Positions 51,828 to 61,708 are shown, numbered from the stretch's first letter. The stretch: 64,000 bases of DNA from an uncultured Planctomycetaceae bacterium (GCA_963833985.1 CAWIAD010000002.1:4384001-4448000); one strand, 5' to 3'. Program-made: numbers and translations. Notes: generated by a model from the letters alone, not told the origin.

Positions 51828-52430
51828 GTGTCGAGTGACAGGCCGCGCCGGCTGTTCTGGGTACCCATCATCCACACCTCAGCGGACCTGGGGAGCCTGC
51901 GCACCGCGGTTCGCCGGATCCACGAGGATCAGGCGGGCCAGCACGCCTGGCAGGATCGCGTGCGCCAGATCGGCCAGCTCTGGCGGTCGATTCGCAGCTC
52001 GCTGCTGCAACAGGATCTCGACTGGCCGCGCGTGCTGCTCTACCAGGATGGTCTGCCCGTGTGCGGCAAGGAGGACATGATCGTTCAGGATCTGTCTAGA
52101 AACGGCAGTGCCAACCATCGCCTGCTGGTGGAACTGATCGCGCGCGGAGCGCGCCTGGTGGGGACCGAATCTCCCGAGCTGCTGATCGAGGAGTACGAGC
52201 TGAACCGGCGGGTACTGCTCGACCCGTCGGCCAGGGCCGAGGGATTCGAGGCCCGCACCCAGGCGCTCTTCCGTGACTTGCTTGATCGCCGTGACGCATT
52301 CATCGCCAGCCGTATTGACGAGACCCTTCCCGCGGGCGGAGTGGGCTGTCTTTTCCTGGGGCTCATGCACCAGGTGGAGGGCCGACTTCCCACCGAGATT
52401 GAACTCTGCCGACTCGGCGGCCAGCGCTAG
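51828..52430 (+). CDS. Hypothetical protein, possible TIKI/TraB/ChaN-like fold
   Basis: PIIH, LYQDG, GTE, RDxxIAxxI, FLGLMH motif order. Confidence 0.6.
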   Translation: MSSDRPRRLFWVPIIHTSADLGSLRTAVRRIHEDQAGQHAWQDRVRQIGQLWRSIRSSLLQQDLDWPRVLLYQDGLPVCGKEDMIVQDLSRNGSANHRLLVELIARGARLVGTESPELLIEEYELNRRVLLDPSARAEGFEARTQALFRDLLDRRDAFIASRIDETLPAGGVGCLFLGLMHQVEGRLPTEIELCRLGGQR

Positions 52431-52553
52431 GGCAGCCGGGGCCGGCACTCCCTTTGACACCCCGGCGTCGTATGGTTACGGAGTGAGTCGTTAACGCGGA
52501 TCCAACACCGCCAGCTCCACCGGACAGCTTTTCCCAGAGGAGGTTACGAGGCC

Positions 52554-53078
52554 ATGGCCAGGACCACGAAGAAGGGTCGATCCAACCCCGGCGACGTCGA
52601 TTTCGGGGGCGGCTTCCTGAACGGGCTCACCAACCTGATCGAGAAGCTTGGAGAGCTTGCCGAGAAGGGCGAGCAACTTCAGGGGCTGAAGGAATTTGGC
52701 ACCGACGAGGTGAAGGGAGTCTACGGCTTCACCATCCGCACCGGGCTGCGGGACGCCGAAGGACAAACCGGCATGAAGGTGGAACCGTTCGGCAACGTCC
52801 GGACCGACTCCACGACCGGCGAGGCCAGGGTCCACGAAGTGATCGAGCCGCCGGTGGACGTCTTCGAGGAGCCCGACTACGTCGGCGTGATCGCGGAGCT
52901 GCCCGGTGTCGGGCCCGACGACGTGTCCCTGGAGATCGCTGACGACATCCTCACGATCAAGGCCGAGCGGAACCGCAAGAAGTACCGGAAGGAAGTCCTC
53001 TTGCCCGCCTCCTTCCGTCCCGAACAGATGACTCACACCTGCCGCAATGGAATCCTCGATATCCGCCTCCACCGCTGA
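52554..53078 (+). CDS. Hsp20/alpha-crystallin protein (GvpH-like)
   Basis: [32 protein letters not shown]-terminal segment. Confidence 0.88.
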   Translation: MARTTKKGRSNPGDVDFGGGFLNGLTNLIEKLGELAEKGEQLQGLKEFGTDEVKGVYGFTIRTGLRDAEGQTGMKVEPFGNVRTDSTTGEARVHEVIEPPVDVFEEPDYVGVIAELPGVGPDDVSLEIADDILTIKAERNRKKYRKEVLLPASFRPEQMTHTCRNGILDIRLHR

Positions 53079-53121
53079 GTTCCGGATGCACCGCGCAGAG
53101 AAGGAACAAGGGATCGCTCCC

Positions 53122-55283
53122 ATGACAGACGCCCCATCACTGAAGCTGAAGATCACCGAGGCACTTCCCAAGGACCTGGGCCGCGGACTGGCGCGGCTTG
53201 ACCCCGCCGACATGGCCCGCCTGGGACTGGACGTCGGCGACGTTGTCGAGCTCACCGGCAAGCGCACCACGGTTGCGCGGGCGATGCCCGCTTACAAGGA
53301 ACTGCGGGAGCAAGCGCGGATCCAGATTGACGGCGTGACCCGGGAAAACGCCGGCTCGGCCGTCGATCAGCCGATCGACGTGCGCAAGGCGGCCGTCCGC
53401 CAGGCCGAGCGCGTGGTGCTCACACCGCTGGGCTATACGCCGGCCGACCGCGACCTGGATTACATCGGCAGTCTCTTCGACGGCCTGCCTGTCCTTGCCG
53501 ACGATCGGGTGCGGGCCACACTCTTCGGCAATCGATCGGCCGACTTCAAGGTTGCCGGCACCACCCCCGCCGGTCCTGTGGTCATCCGGGCCCGGACCGT
53601 GCTCGAAATCGCCCGGTCCTCGGCCAATCGCGGCAAGACTCCGGCCGCGGAGGCCGAGAAAGCGCAGCCCATCTCCTACGAGGACATCGGCGGCTTGAAG
53701 CGAGAGCTGCACCGTATCCGCGAGATCGTCGAGCTGCCCCTGCGCTATCCGGAGGTCTTCGAGCGCCTGGGAATCGACCCTCCCAAGGGCGTGCTGCTGC
53801 ACGGACCGCCCGGCTGCGGCAAGACGCTCATCGCCCGCGCCGTGGCGCATGAGACCGACGCCCACTTCTACGCGGTCAACGGCCCTGAAATCGTTCACAA
53901 GTTCTACGGGGAGAGTGAGGCCCATCTCCGCAAGATCTTCGAGGAAGCCGCACGGAATGCGCCGAGCATCATCTTCCTCGACGAGATTGACGCCATCGCT
54001 CCGCAGCGAGAGAAGGTGGTCGGCGATGTTGAAAAGCGAGTCGTCGCCCAGCTCCTGGCGCTCATGGACGGGCTGGCGAAACGGCAGAACGTGATCGTCA
54101 TCGCGGCCACCAATCTGCCCAACGCGCTCGACCCGCGCTGCGCAGACCGGGCCGCTTCGATCGCGAGATCGCCATCTCCATCCCCGATCGCGACGGCCGC
54201 GCGGAGATCCTCGAGATCCACAGTCGGGGCATGCCGCTGGCCGCCGACGTCGCCCTGCCTCACCTGGCGAACATCACGCACGGCTTCGTCGGCGCGGACC
54301 TGATGGCCCTCTGCCGCGAGGCCGCGATGATCTGTCTGCGGCGACTGCTGCCGGAGATTGATTTCGCCTCCAGGAACATCCCCTACGAGCGGCTCCGTGC
54401 GCTCGAAGTCACCATGAGCGACTTCCAGGGGGCCCTCCACGAGGTCGAGCCGTCCGCCATCCGCGAGGTCTTCGTCGAGATTCCCAACGTCACCTGGGAC
54501 AAGGTCGGCGGCCTGGACGAGGTCAAGCGGCAACTGATCGAAGCCGTCGAGTGGCCGCTCAAGCACCCCGGCATCTTTGCCCGGGCGGGTGTGAAACCGC
54601 CACGAGGAATCCTCCTCTCCGGCTCCCCCGGCTGCGGCAAGACCATGCTGGCCAAGGCCGTGGCCAGCCAGACAGAAGTGAATTTCATTCCGGTGAAGGG
54701 GCCGGCCCTGCTCTCCAAGTACGTGGGTGAGTCCGAACGCGGCGTGCGCGATGTCTTCCGTAAGGCGAAGCAGGCTGCACCCTGCATCATCTTCTTCGAC
54801 GAGATCGACGCCCTGGTGCCCAGCCGCGGGGGAGGGACGAGCGATTCCCACGTGACGGAGCGCGTCATCAGCCAGTTCCTGGCGGAGATGGACGGCGTGG
54901 AAGACCTCAACGGCGTGCTCGTGCTGGGCGCCACCAACCGACCGGATATCCTTGACCCGGCCCTGCTCCGCCCGGGACGGTTCGACATCCAGATCGCCAT
55001 CCCATTGCCGGACCGCACCGGCCGCCGAGAGATCTTCGCGATCGGCCTGCGCGGCAAACCACTCGCGGAGAAGGTGAACATCGAAGCCCTTGCTGAAGCC
55101 GCCGAAGGCTTCAGCGGCGCCGAGATCCGGGCCGTCTGCACACGCGCGGCCTGGGCCGCCATCCGAGAGGCCGTGGCCCGGGCGGACGGGAACGAGCAGG
55201 ACGCCAGCGGCCTGTTGATCCGGCAGGACCACCTCGACAACGCGTTCCAGGAGGTTTTGTCCGCACCCCACCGCGCGTACTGA
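53122..55283 (+). CDS. CDC48/VCP-family double AAA+ ATPase, frameshift near 54134
   Basis: N-domain [11 protein letters not shown]1 GPPGCGKT; D2 [14 protein letters not shown] motifs. Confidence 0.93.
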
Positions 55284-55340
55284 GCAGGCTTGAAGTATCT
55301 CGGCCGCCAATCACATCACCAGAACGTGGAGCCAGGCACC

Positions 55341-56134
55341 ATGCACGGAACGGGCGTCTATCTCTACGGATTTGGCAGGGCCGAGCTCATAGCCGCGTTC
55401 ACGTGCACCGGCCACGAGGAGATCGGGCCGGCGCACGTGTGGGACATGGACGGGATCGCGGCCGTGGTCAGCCCGGTCGCTCCTGAAGTAATCGCCGCGG
55501 GGCTCGCCGCGGACCCTCCCGATCCCAGCTGGATCGTTCCTCGAAGTGCTGCGCCACGAACAGGTGCTCCAGAGCTTGATCGAGCTCGGCCCTGTGCTGC
55601 CCGCCCGTTTCGGCTCGGTGTTCACCGCCCGGCAGTCACTCGAGGCGGTCGTCCGGGAGCATCGGCCGCAGATCACACGCTTCCTTGATGAGACGGCGAA
55701 CACGCAGGAGTGGGACGTTCAGGCCTCGCTCGATGAAACGCGTGCCGTCGAGTCGCTGCTGCGCCGACCCCGCTCTGGCAGGGCGTTTCGCCAGGCTGCC
55801 CGCGGCGCCCGGCGCGCGCTATTTCCTGGAAAAGAAGCTCCGCGAGGAGGCTCTGTGCAGGGCGCAACAGGCTGGGAAAGCGGCAGCTCAACGATTCGTC
55901 GCCGCACTGCGCGAAAGCGGAGTGGGCGTGCAGGTGCTGAAGCCGCGTGCGGCCAACCCGGGACGATCGCCCCTGTTCCTCAAGCTGGCTCTGCTGGTCG
56001 GCCGTGGCAAGGTGATCGGGCTGCTGGGCGAGGCAGAGCGTAGCGCGGCAGCGTCAGACCTTCTCATGATCGAGCCCACGGGCCCCCTGCCCCCTTATCA
56101 CTTCTGCCCGACGCTGGGCGCACCGGCCGCCTGA
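55341..56134 (+). CDS. GvpF/GvpL-family gas vesicle protein, frameshifts near 55543 and 55765
   Basis: VYLYG, HEQVL, VLPARFG, TGPLPPYHF. Confidence 0.82.
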
Positions 56135-56472
56135 AGCGGCACATGACCCTTCTGTACAAGGGTTGCATCAACCGGCCGCATTCGTGCCGTGGCACGCCGG
56201 GCCGTCGGGCCTCATCTCCGCGTGATGCACCTCCAGGTGAGAGGCTTGCGGCTGCCTGCCTCCAGTATCAAGCGACACAGCGGGCGGGCAGCTTGCCCGG
56301 CCATTCCACGCTTCGTGCACCAGCATGTCTTACATGATTGCCGATGCGATTGTAACTTGATTCTCTAGTAATCCTGACGATCCCGCTATCTTATACGCTT
56401 TGATATGCCTTTTACTAAGTATGTTAGCTCACACCAATGTTCATGCCGAACGACCCGAGATGCTCGACAGGA

Positions 56473-56487
56473 TAAGGGAATTCCTGA
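56473..56487. promoter_or_regulatory. Palindromic operator candidate TAAGG-GAATT-CCTGA upstream of gvpA
   Basis: Matches motif copies at 50326 and 51721. Confidence 0.5.
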
Positions 56488-56610
56488 GTGCGGTCGTGTG
56501 CGAGGGGAGCATGTTCTACGGTACGAGAAGAGTGAGGCAATGATGCTTCACCTGGTCACCTTGATGGAAGGGTGATCGCTTTCAGATCTTTCAACTTGGA
56601 GAGGTGTGCG

Positions 56611-56829
56611 ATGGCGAAAGTGATGAAGTCGACGGATAGCTCCAGTTTGGCCGAGGTCGTTGATCGGATCCTGGACAAGGGCATCGTGATCGACGCATGG
56701 GCCAAGGTCTCCCTGGTCGGCATCGAGCTGCTCTCGGTCGAAGCCCGCGTCGTGATCGCGTCGGTGGAGACCTACCTGAAGTACGCCGAGGCGATCGGCC
56801 TGACCGCGACCGCCGCCAGCCCCGCCTGA
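56611..56829 (+). CDS. gvpA: Major gas vesicle structural protein
   Basis: [51 protein letters not shown]. Confidence 0.98.
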   Translation: MAKVMKSTDSSSLAEVVDRILDKGIVIDAWAKVSLVGIELLSVEARVVIASVETYLKYAEAIGLTATAASPA

Positions 56830-56901
56830 CGCAAGGAAGGCAGCCCCTCAGGGAAGAGCTTGCCCCTGGTCGTTCCGACCTGTCTCCACCAGGTCAAGCC
56901 G

Positions 56902-56945
56902 CCGGGAGGTCCGGCCTCGGCCGGTCTCCCGGTCTTCTTCTTATA
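56902..56945 (+). terminator. Stem-loop with pyrimidine tail after gvpA
   Basis: CCGGGAGGTCCGGC-CTCG-GCCGGTCTCCCGG followed by TCTTCTTCTT. Confidence 0.6.
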
Positions 56946-56987
56946 CGGACGGTTGCGACCGGGGCACACCCGTCTCTCTACAGGAGC

Positions 56988-57419
56988 ATGAACATGCCCG
57001 TGTTTGCGAATCGGATGAGAGATTTCACGGATCAGCTCAAGGCGTCGATCGAGCATCGCTCGGAGGCGCTCGATGTGGTCCACGAGGCAACCCGGCACCT
57101 GCTCGGCGACGCTCAGAAGTTCATGGGCGAAGTCGCCCGGGAGCACGAGTCCAGGGCCGACCAGCTGCAAGAGATGCTCTGCGCCTTTCGCGGCGATCTT
57201 GCCGATCGCGTCGAGACGATGAGGCAGCAGCATCGCACCAGCCGCCACGAGATGCGGACCGATCTGCGGAACCGGCTGGACGCCGTTCAGGCGGCCCGCC
57301 ACCAGGACGTGCAACAAATGCGGCAGAAGTTCCACGAGGCGCGGCAGGAAGTCGCCGAGGACATCCGCGCCGCCGCGAACCTCTGGCGCGAATTCACGCT
57401 GGGCCGAGAAGGCGCCTAG
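56988..57419 (+). CDS. gvpC: GvpC-like helical repeat protein
   Basis: Between gvpA and gvpN; 33-aa periodicity (VETMRQ and VQQMRQ 33 residues apart). Confidence 0.75.
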   Translation: MNMPVFANRMRDFTDQLKASIEHRSEALDVVHEATRHLLGDAQKFMGEVAREHESRADQLQEMLCAFRGDLADRVETMRQQHRTSRHEMRTDLRNRLDAVQAARHQDVQQMRQKFHEARQEVAEDIRAAANLWREFTLGREGA

Positions 57420-57657
57420 CCGCCAGGCCTGGCCTGACCGCGGCCCAGAGCCGTGGATCGCCAACCCGATCATCGACCAGGGAGACCCGAGCGGGCACCG
57501 TTCGGAACTTCCGAGGCAACTTCCTCGGCTCTCATGGTTCCGGACCGAGCTCGGAGCAGCGGACGCGAGAATCACCTGGCGGCTGCCGTGTTCCGGCCGG
57601 TCCGGGGAATGTGACTGGAACACAAGGCGTATCGCTTCATACTGGAGGCCGACCATC

Positions 57658-58701
57658 GTGACCGCCGAAGACCTCAGCCTGCTCAGTCTCAAGCAAAAGC
57701 CCGACTTCGTCGAGACTCCCGCCGTGCGGAGCCTGACCGACCGGGCGTTCTCTTACCTGTGCGCGGGTTACCCGATTCACTTCAGCGGCCCCGCCGGCAC
57801 CGGCAAGACTACGCTGGCGATGCACGTGGCCGCCCAGCTCGGCCGGCCCGTTGCCCTCATCCACGGCGATGACGAGTACGGCTCGTCCGACCTCGTCGGC
57901 GGACAGCTCGGCTACCGCTCCACACGCGTCGTGGACAACTTCATCCACTCGGTGATGAAAACCGAGGAGTCCGTGGCCAAGACCTGGGTCGACCACCGAC
58001 TGACCAACGCATGCAAGTATGGCTTCACGGTGATCTACGACGAGTTCAACCGCTCGCGTCCCGAAGCAAACAACGTTCTCCTGGCCATCCTGGAGGAGCG
58101 CCTGCTGGAAATGCCCTCCGCGCGAGTCAACGAAGGCTACATTGCCGTTCACCCCAACTTCCGGGCCATCTTCACCAGCAACCCCGAGGAATACGCGGGC
58201 GTGCACAAGACGCAGGACGCGCTTCTGGACCGGATGATCACGATCACCGTCGGTCCTTACGACCGCCAGACCGAAATCGAGATCACGGCGGCTAAGTCGG
58301 GGCTGGACCACGTGGACGCGGAGTGCATCGTCGATGTCGTCCGCGAATTCCGCAGCCTGGGCATGCACCAGCTGCCGCCCACCGTCAGGGCCAGCATCAT
58401 GATCGCCAAGGTTGCAGCCCAGCGCGGTGCACTGGTGCGGAGCCAGGATCTGATCTTTCGCGAGACCTGCCGCGATGTGCTTCGGATCGACGCGATCAAG
58501 GTCCTCCGCGACGGCGTACCGGCCGCATCGACCTTGCTGGACGAGACCCTCGAGCGCCACTGTTCGGGCCATTCAGCTCCGGCGGCGTGCCGGCCAGTCC
58601 TGGCGCACGGCAATGGGGCGAACCGTTTGATCGGCAGTAAACCGACGAGCTTGCGGGCCGAGGGCGGCCCCGGCTCGGAACACGCGATTCCCCTCAACTG
58701 A
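57658..58701 (+). CDS. gvpN: Gas vesicle AAA+ ATPase
   Basis: GPAGTGKT, DNFIHSV, YDEFNRSRPEANN, SNPEEYAGVH. Confidence 0.96.
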   Translation: MTAEDLSLLSLKQKPDFVETPAVRSLTDRAFSYLCAGYPIHFSGPAGTGKTTLAMHVAAQLGRPVALIHGDDEYGSSDLVGGQLGYRSTRVVDNFIHSVMKTEESVAKTWVDHRLTNACKYGFTVIYDEFNRSRPEANNVLLAILEERLLEMPSARVNEGYIAVHPNFRAIFTSNPEEYAGVHKTQDALLDRMITITVGPYDRQTEIEITAAKSGLDHVDAECIVDVVREFRSLGMHQLPPTVRASIMIAKVAAQRGALVRSQDLIFRETCRDVLRIDAIKVLRDGVPAASTLLDETLERHCSGHSAPAACRPVLAHGNGANRLIGSKPTSLRAEGGPGSEHAIPLN

Positions 58702-58722
58702 GCCGGAGGCGATCGACCACCC

Positions 58723-59091
58723 ATGCCATTCGAGCGCAAGAGTATTCAAGGGATCCGGACGATGGCCGCGCTGGTAGACCAGCGCAAGACACGAACCCCC
58801 GCTGGTGCCCTGATCGAGCTCTCGGCGCTGGCCAACGAGAGACTGCTCCTGGATCGCGAGGTCGCCCGGGCCACGCGCAGGGGCATCGAGATCGAGCGCA
58901 GGCTCAAGGAAATTGCCGCCAAGGAAGACCGCCTCATGAAGCTGGTCCATTCGCCGACGCCTCACGAGCTGCCGGCTCCTGAGAGCCGGTCGTTCACCGA
59001 CGAGACTGCGTCCCCGAGCATGCCTGCTCCCCGGACGCTTCCGGTATCGACCGAGAGCAGTCGATTCAAGCTGAGTGAGTTCACGTACTAG
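58723..59091 (+). CDS. Coiled-coil gas vesicle accessory protein (GvpV position)
   Basis: Helical, co-oriented between gvpN and gvpF. Confidence 0.65.
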   Translation: MPFERKSIQGIRTMAALVDQRKTRTPAGALIELSALANERLLLDREVARATRRGIEIERRLKEIAAKEDRLMKLVHSPTPHELPAPESRSFTDETASPSMPAPRTLPVSTESSRFKLSEFTY

Positions 59092-59114
59092 CGCAGCGAC
59101 AAGAGGAAGGAATC

Positions 59115-59897
59115 ATGACCCAGCTCGCAACGCCCCAACCGATCCAGGCCACCGCCCGGGGACGCTATCTCTACGCCGTGGTCGATGGCTCGCCCGACGG
59201 CAGTATCTATGATTTCCAGGGTCTCGACGGCGCCCCCGTCTACACCATCGGCGACGCCACCCTCGCGGCGATCGTCAGCGACCTGCCCAACCAGAAGATC
59301 CGCCCCGAACGCCGCCGCCTGGCGGCGCACCATGCCGTGCTGCGATCGCTGATGGGCGGCCATACCGTCTTGCCCATGGCCTTCGGCGTGGTCGCCGACG
59401 GGCCCGAGGCCGTGCGGCGGATCCTCAGGGTCCATCAGGACGCGTTCATCGAACAGCTCGAACGCGTCCGCGGCCGCGTGGAGATGGGCCTGCGCGTGGC
59501 ATGGGACGTGGCGAACATCTTCGAGTACGTCCTGGGCCTCCATGACGACCTGCGGACGTTGCGCGACTTCGTCTTTCGGGGCGGGCGCACGCCCTCGCAG
59601 GACGACAAGATCGAGCTCGGCCGCGCTTTCGACCGTCTGCTCTCGGCCGATCGCGAGGAGCATCTGGCCCATCTGACGACCGCGCTTCAACCTCACTCCC
59701 TGGAGATCCAGTCCAATCCGCCCCGGTCGGAGCGCGAGGTGCTGAACCTGGCGTGTCTGGTCGATCAGGACGAGCTTCCCGCCTTCGAGCACGCGGTGAT
59801 GCAGGCGGCCCGGCGCTTCGACAACAACTTCACCTTCGACCTCACCGGCCCCTGGCCGCCCCATAACTTCGTCGAGCTCGCACTCGCGCTCTCCTGA
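59115..59897 (+). CDS. gvpF: GvpF/GvpL-family gas vesicle protein
   Basis: YLYAV, HHAVL, VLPMAFG, GPWPPHNFV. Confidence 0.92.
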   Translation: MTQLATPQPIQATARGRYLYAVVDGSPDGSIYDFQGLDGAPVYTIGDATLAAIVSDLPNQKIRPERRRLAAHHAVLRSLMGGHTVLPMAFGVVADGPEAVRRILRVHQDAFIEQLERVRGRVEMGLRVAWDVANIFEYVLGLHDDLRTLRDFVFRGGRTPSQDDKIELGRAFDRLLSADREEHLAHLTTALQPHSLEIQSNPPRSEREVLNLACLVDQDELPAFEHAVMQAARRFDNNFTFDLTGPWPPHNFVELALALS

Positions 59898-59918
59898 TCG
59901 ACCCTGGAGCCTGATCCC

Positions 59919-60309
59919 ATGATGGGCGTCGATGACATCCTGGCCTTCCCGCTGAAATCACTCCTGATGATCTTCCGCGAGATCCACAAGGCCGCGATCC
60001 AGGAACAGGAGCAGGAAGGCGAACAGATCCGTCTGGAACTCGGCCAGCTCTATCTCCGCCTGGAAGCCGGTGAGCTCAGCGAGGCCGAGTTCGACGCCCG
60101 TGAAAGCGCAGCTCCTGGACCGGCTGGACGAGCTCGAGGCCGAGTCTGCCGAAGACAGCGACGCGCCGCAGGTTGACGACGACGACGAGCTGACCGACGA
60201 CGAGCTGACCGACGACGAGCTGACCGACGACGAGCTGACCGACGACGGTGACTCCGGTCTTGGCACCCAGTTCTGGAACCCCATGGAACCCCAAGGAACC
60301 ACCCCATGA
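59919..60309 (+). CDS. gvpG: GvpG with acidic repeat tail, frameshift near 60105
   Basis: DDILAFP, LYLRLEAGELSEAEFDARE, LLDRLD. Confidence 0.85.
60181..60246 (+). repeat. 15-bp tandem repeat GACGACGAGCTGACC x4 (DDELT)
   Basis: Perfect copies 60181-60240 plus a partial copy. Confidence 0.95.
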
Positions 60310-60726
60310 ATGCCGCCGACATGTTGAATCAAACCGTAGCGGGCACCCCGGCCGGCCGGCCGGCCGCCGGCCTCCACGAGCTGGACGAGCTGGACACAAA
60401 CGCTGACGACCTGCCGACACGGCTGCCTCCGATGCCGGTCATGCCGCCGCTGGAGCGGCGCGGCGACCCAGCCCACGAGGAGGCGCTGACGCCGCACCGC
60501 AAGCATGTCCTGGATCATCTCATCGCCATGGCCGACAGCTACGCCCGGAGCGGCTCGCTACGGCAGGCGATCGAGACTCTATTTCACGTTGCTGGTGGAG
60601 CACGACGGTACGGAGCAGGCGGCCCGGGCCTGTGAGCGGCTCATGGACGTTGCCCAGCACTACGAGGACCAGGGCGAGCTGCGCCTGGCTCGGGGCATCC
60701 TCGAGCGCATCCTGAAAGTGAGTTGA
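60306..60726 (+). CDS. Helical/TPR-like gas vesicle accessory protein (GvpW position), frameshift near 60580
   Basis: ATGA overlap with gvpG; continues in ORF 60505..60726. Confidence 0.6.
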
Positions 60727-60729
60727 CCG

Positions 60730-60960
60730 ATGGCTGCCGCGATCCAACCCGCAACGGAGCTTCTGCCCGATTCCACGCTGGAGCCCGAACGCAGCATCAC
60801 CCTCTGCGAGACCCTCGATCGACTGCTGAATACGGGTGTTGTGCTCGCCGGCGAGATCGTCATCTCGGTCGCGGACATCGATCTGGTGTACCTCAACGTG
60901 CAGTTGCTCCTGGCGTCCATCGAGACCGCACGCAAGGGCGGGCGCAAACTACAGTCCTGA
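60730..60960 (+). CDS. GvpA/J/S-family minor gas vesicle protein
   Basis: LCETLDRLLNTGVVLAGEIVISVADIDLVYL. Confidence 0.9.
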   Translation: MAAAIQPATELLPDSTLEPERSITLCETLDRLLNTGVVLAGEIVISVADIDLVYLNVQLLLASIETARKGGRKLQS

Positions 60961-60979
60961 ATGCACGAGGTGCCTTGCC

Positions 60980-61324
60980 ATGCAATCCGTCGCCAACATG
61001 GAATCATCCCGCGTTCGATGCGATCCCGTCGCCGAGATCCTCGCCAGTCCTCCGCTCTCCGATCTGCGCGTGGCAATCCGGCCCGACGACGTGCGCAACG
61101 GCCTGGGCAAGCTGGTGCTGGTCATCGTGGAGCTGGTTCGCCAGCTCCTCGAAAAGCAAGCCGTCCGGCGGGTCGAGGCCGGCTCGCTCTCCGACGACGA
61201 GATCGAGAGACTTGGCCTGACCTTCCTCCAGCTCGGCGAGCAGGTGACACGCCTGCGCGAGTACTTCGGTCTTGAAGAAAGCGACCTCAACCTTGACCTG
61301 GGGCCGCTGGGAAAACTCCTTTGA
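60980..61324 (+). CDS. gvpK: Gas vesicle protein GvpK
   Basis: GLGKLVLVIVELVRQLLEKQAVRR, ERLG, DLNLDLGPLGKLL. Confidence 0.95.
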   Translation: MQSVANMESSRVRCDPVAEILASPPLSDLRVAIRPDDVRNGLGKLVLVIVELVRQLLEKQAVRRVEAGSLSDDEIERLGLTFLQLGEQVTRLREYFGLEESDLNLDLGPLGKLL

Positions 61325-61345
61325 CCCGATGATCAGGAGATCGTC

Positions 61346-61708
61346 ATGTCGATTCTGACAAACAAACCCAGAGTGGATCGTGCGCAAGAACCCATCACGT
61401 GTGCATTCTGCCAGGGGCACGGAACTGACCCGTTCAGCGTGATGTCGTCGCGCTCGGTCTGCGGCGCCTGCCAGGGAACCGGACGTGTCATGGTGCCGGT
61501 GCCGCATGTCACCTGTGCTTACTGCGCGGGGAGCGGCAGCTACAAGACCTACCGCTGCATGGTCTGTAGTGGGACCGGTGTTGTCGCCGAGCTGGAAGGT
61601 CCGACCCTGGTCTGCCCCGAATGCGCGGGCCGCGCCGCTGACGGCTCGAGCGGACTTCCCTGTCTTCACTGCCACGGCCGGGGCGTTGTGCCGGCCAGCC
61701 GGAGATGA
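61346..61708 (+). CDS. Stand-alone DnaJ-type CxxCxGxG zinc finger protein
   Basis: Six CxxCxGx(G/A) motifs. Confidence 0.85.
   Translation: MSILTNKPRVDRAQEPITCAFCQGHGTDPFSVMSSRSVCGACQGTGRVMVPVPHVTCAYCAGSGSYKTYRCMVCSGTGVVAELEGPTLVCPECAGRAADGSSGLPCLHCHGRGVVPASRR

Noticed and set aside
54125..54145. Programmed frameshift in cdc48
   Set aside because: No slippery heptamer; a single missing base in the conserved [11 protein letters not shown] motif fits sequencing error
56190..56205. Sigma-54 promoter upstream of gvpA
   Set aside because: TGGCAC is present but there is no TTGC at the -12 position
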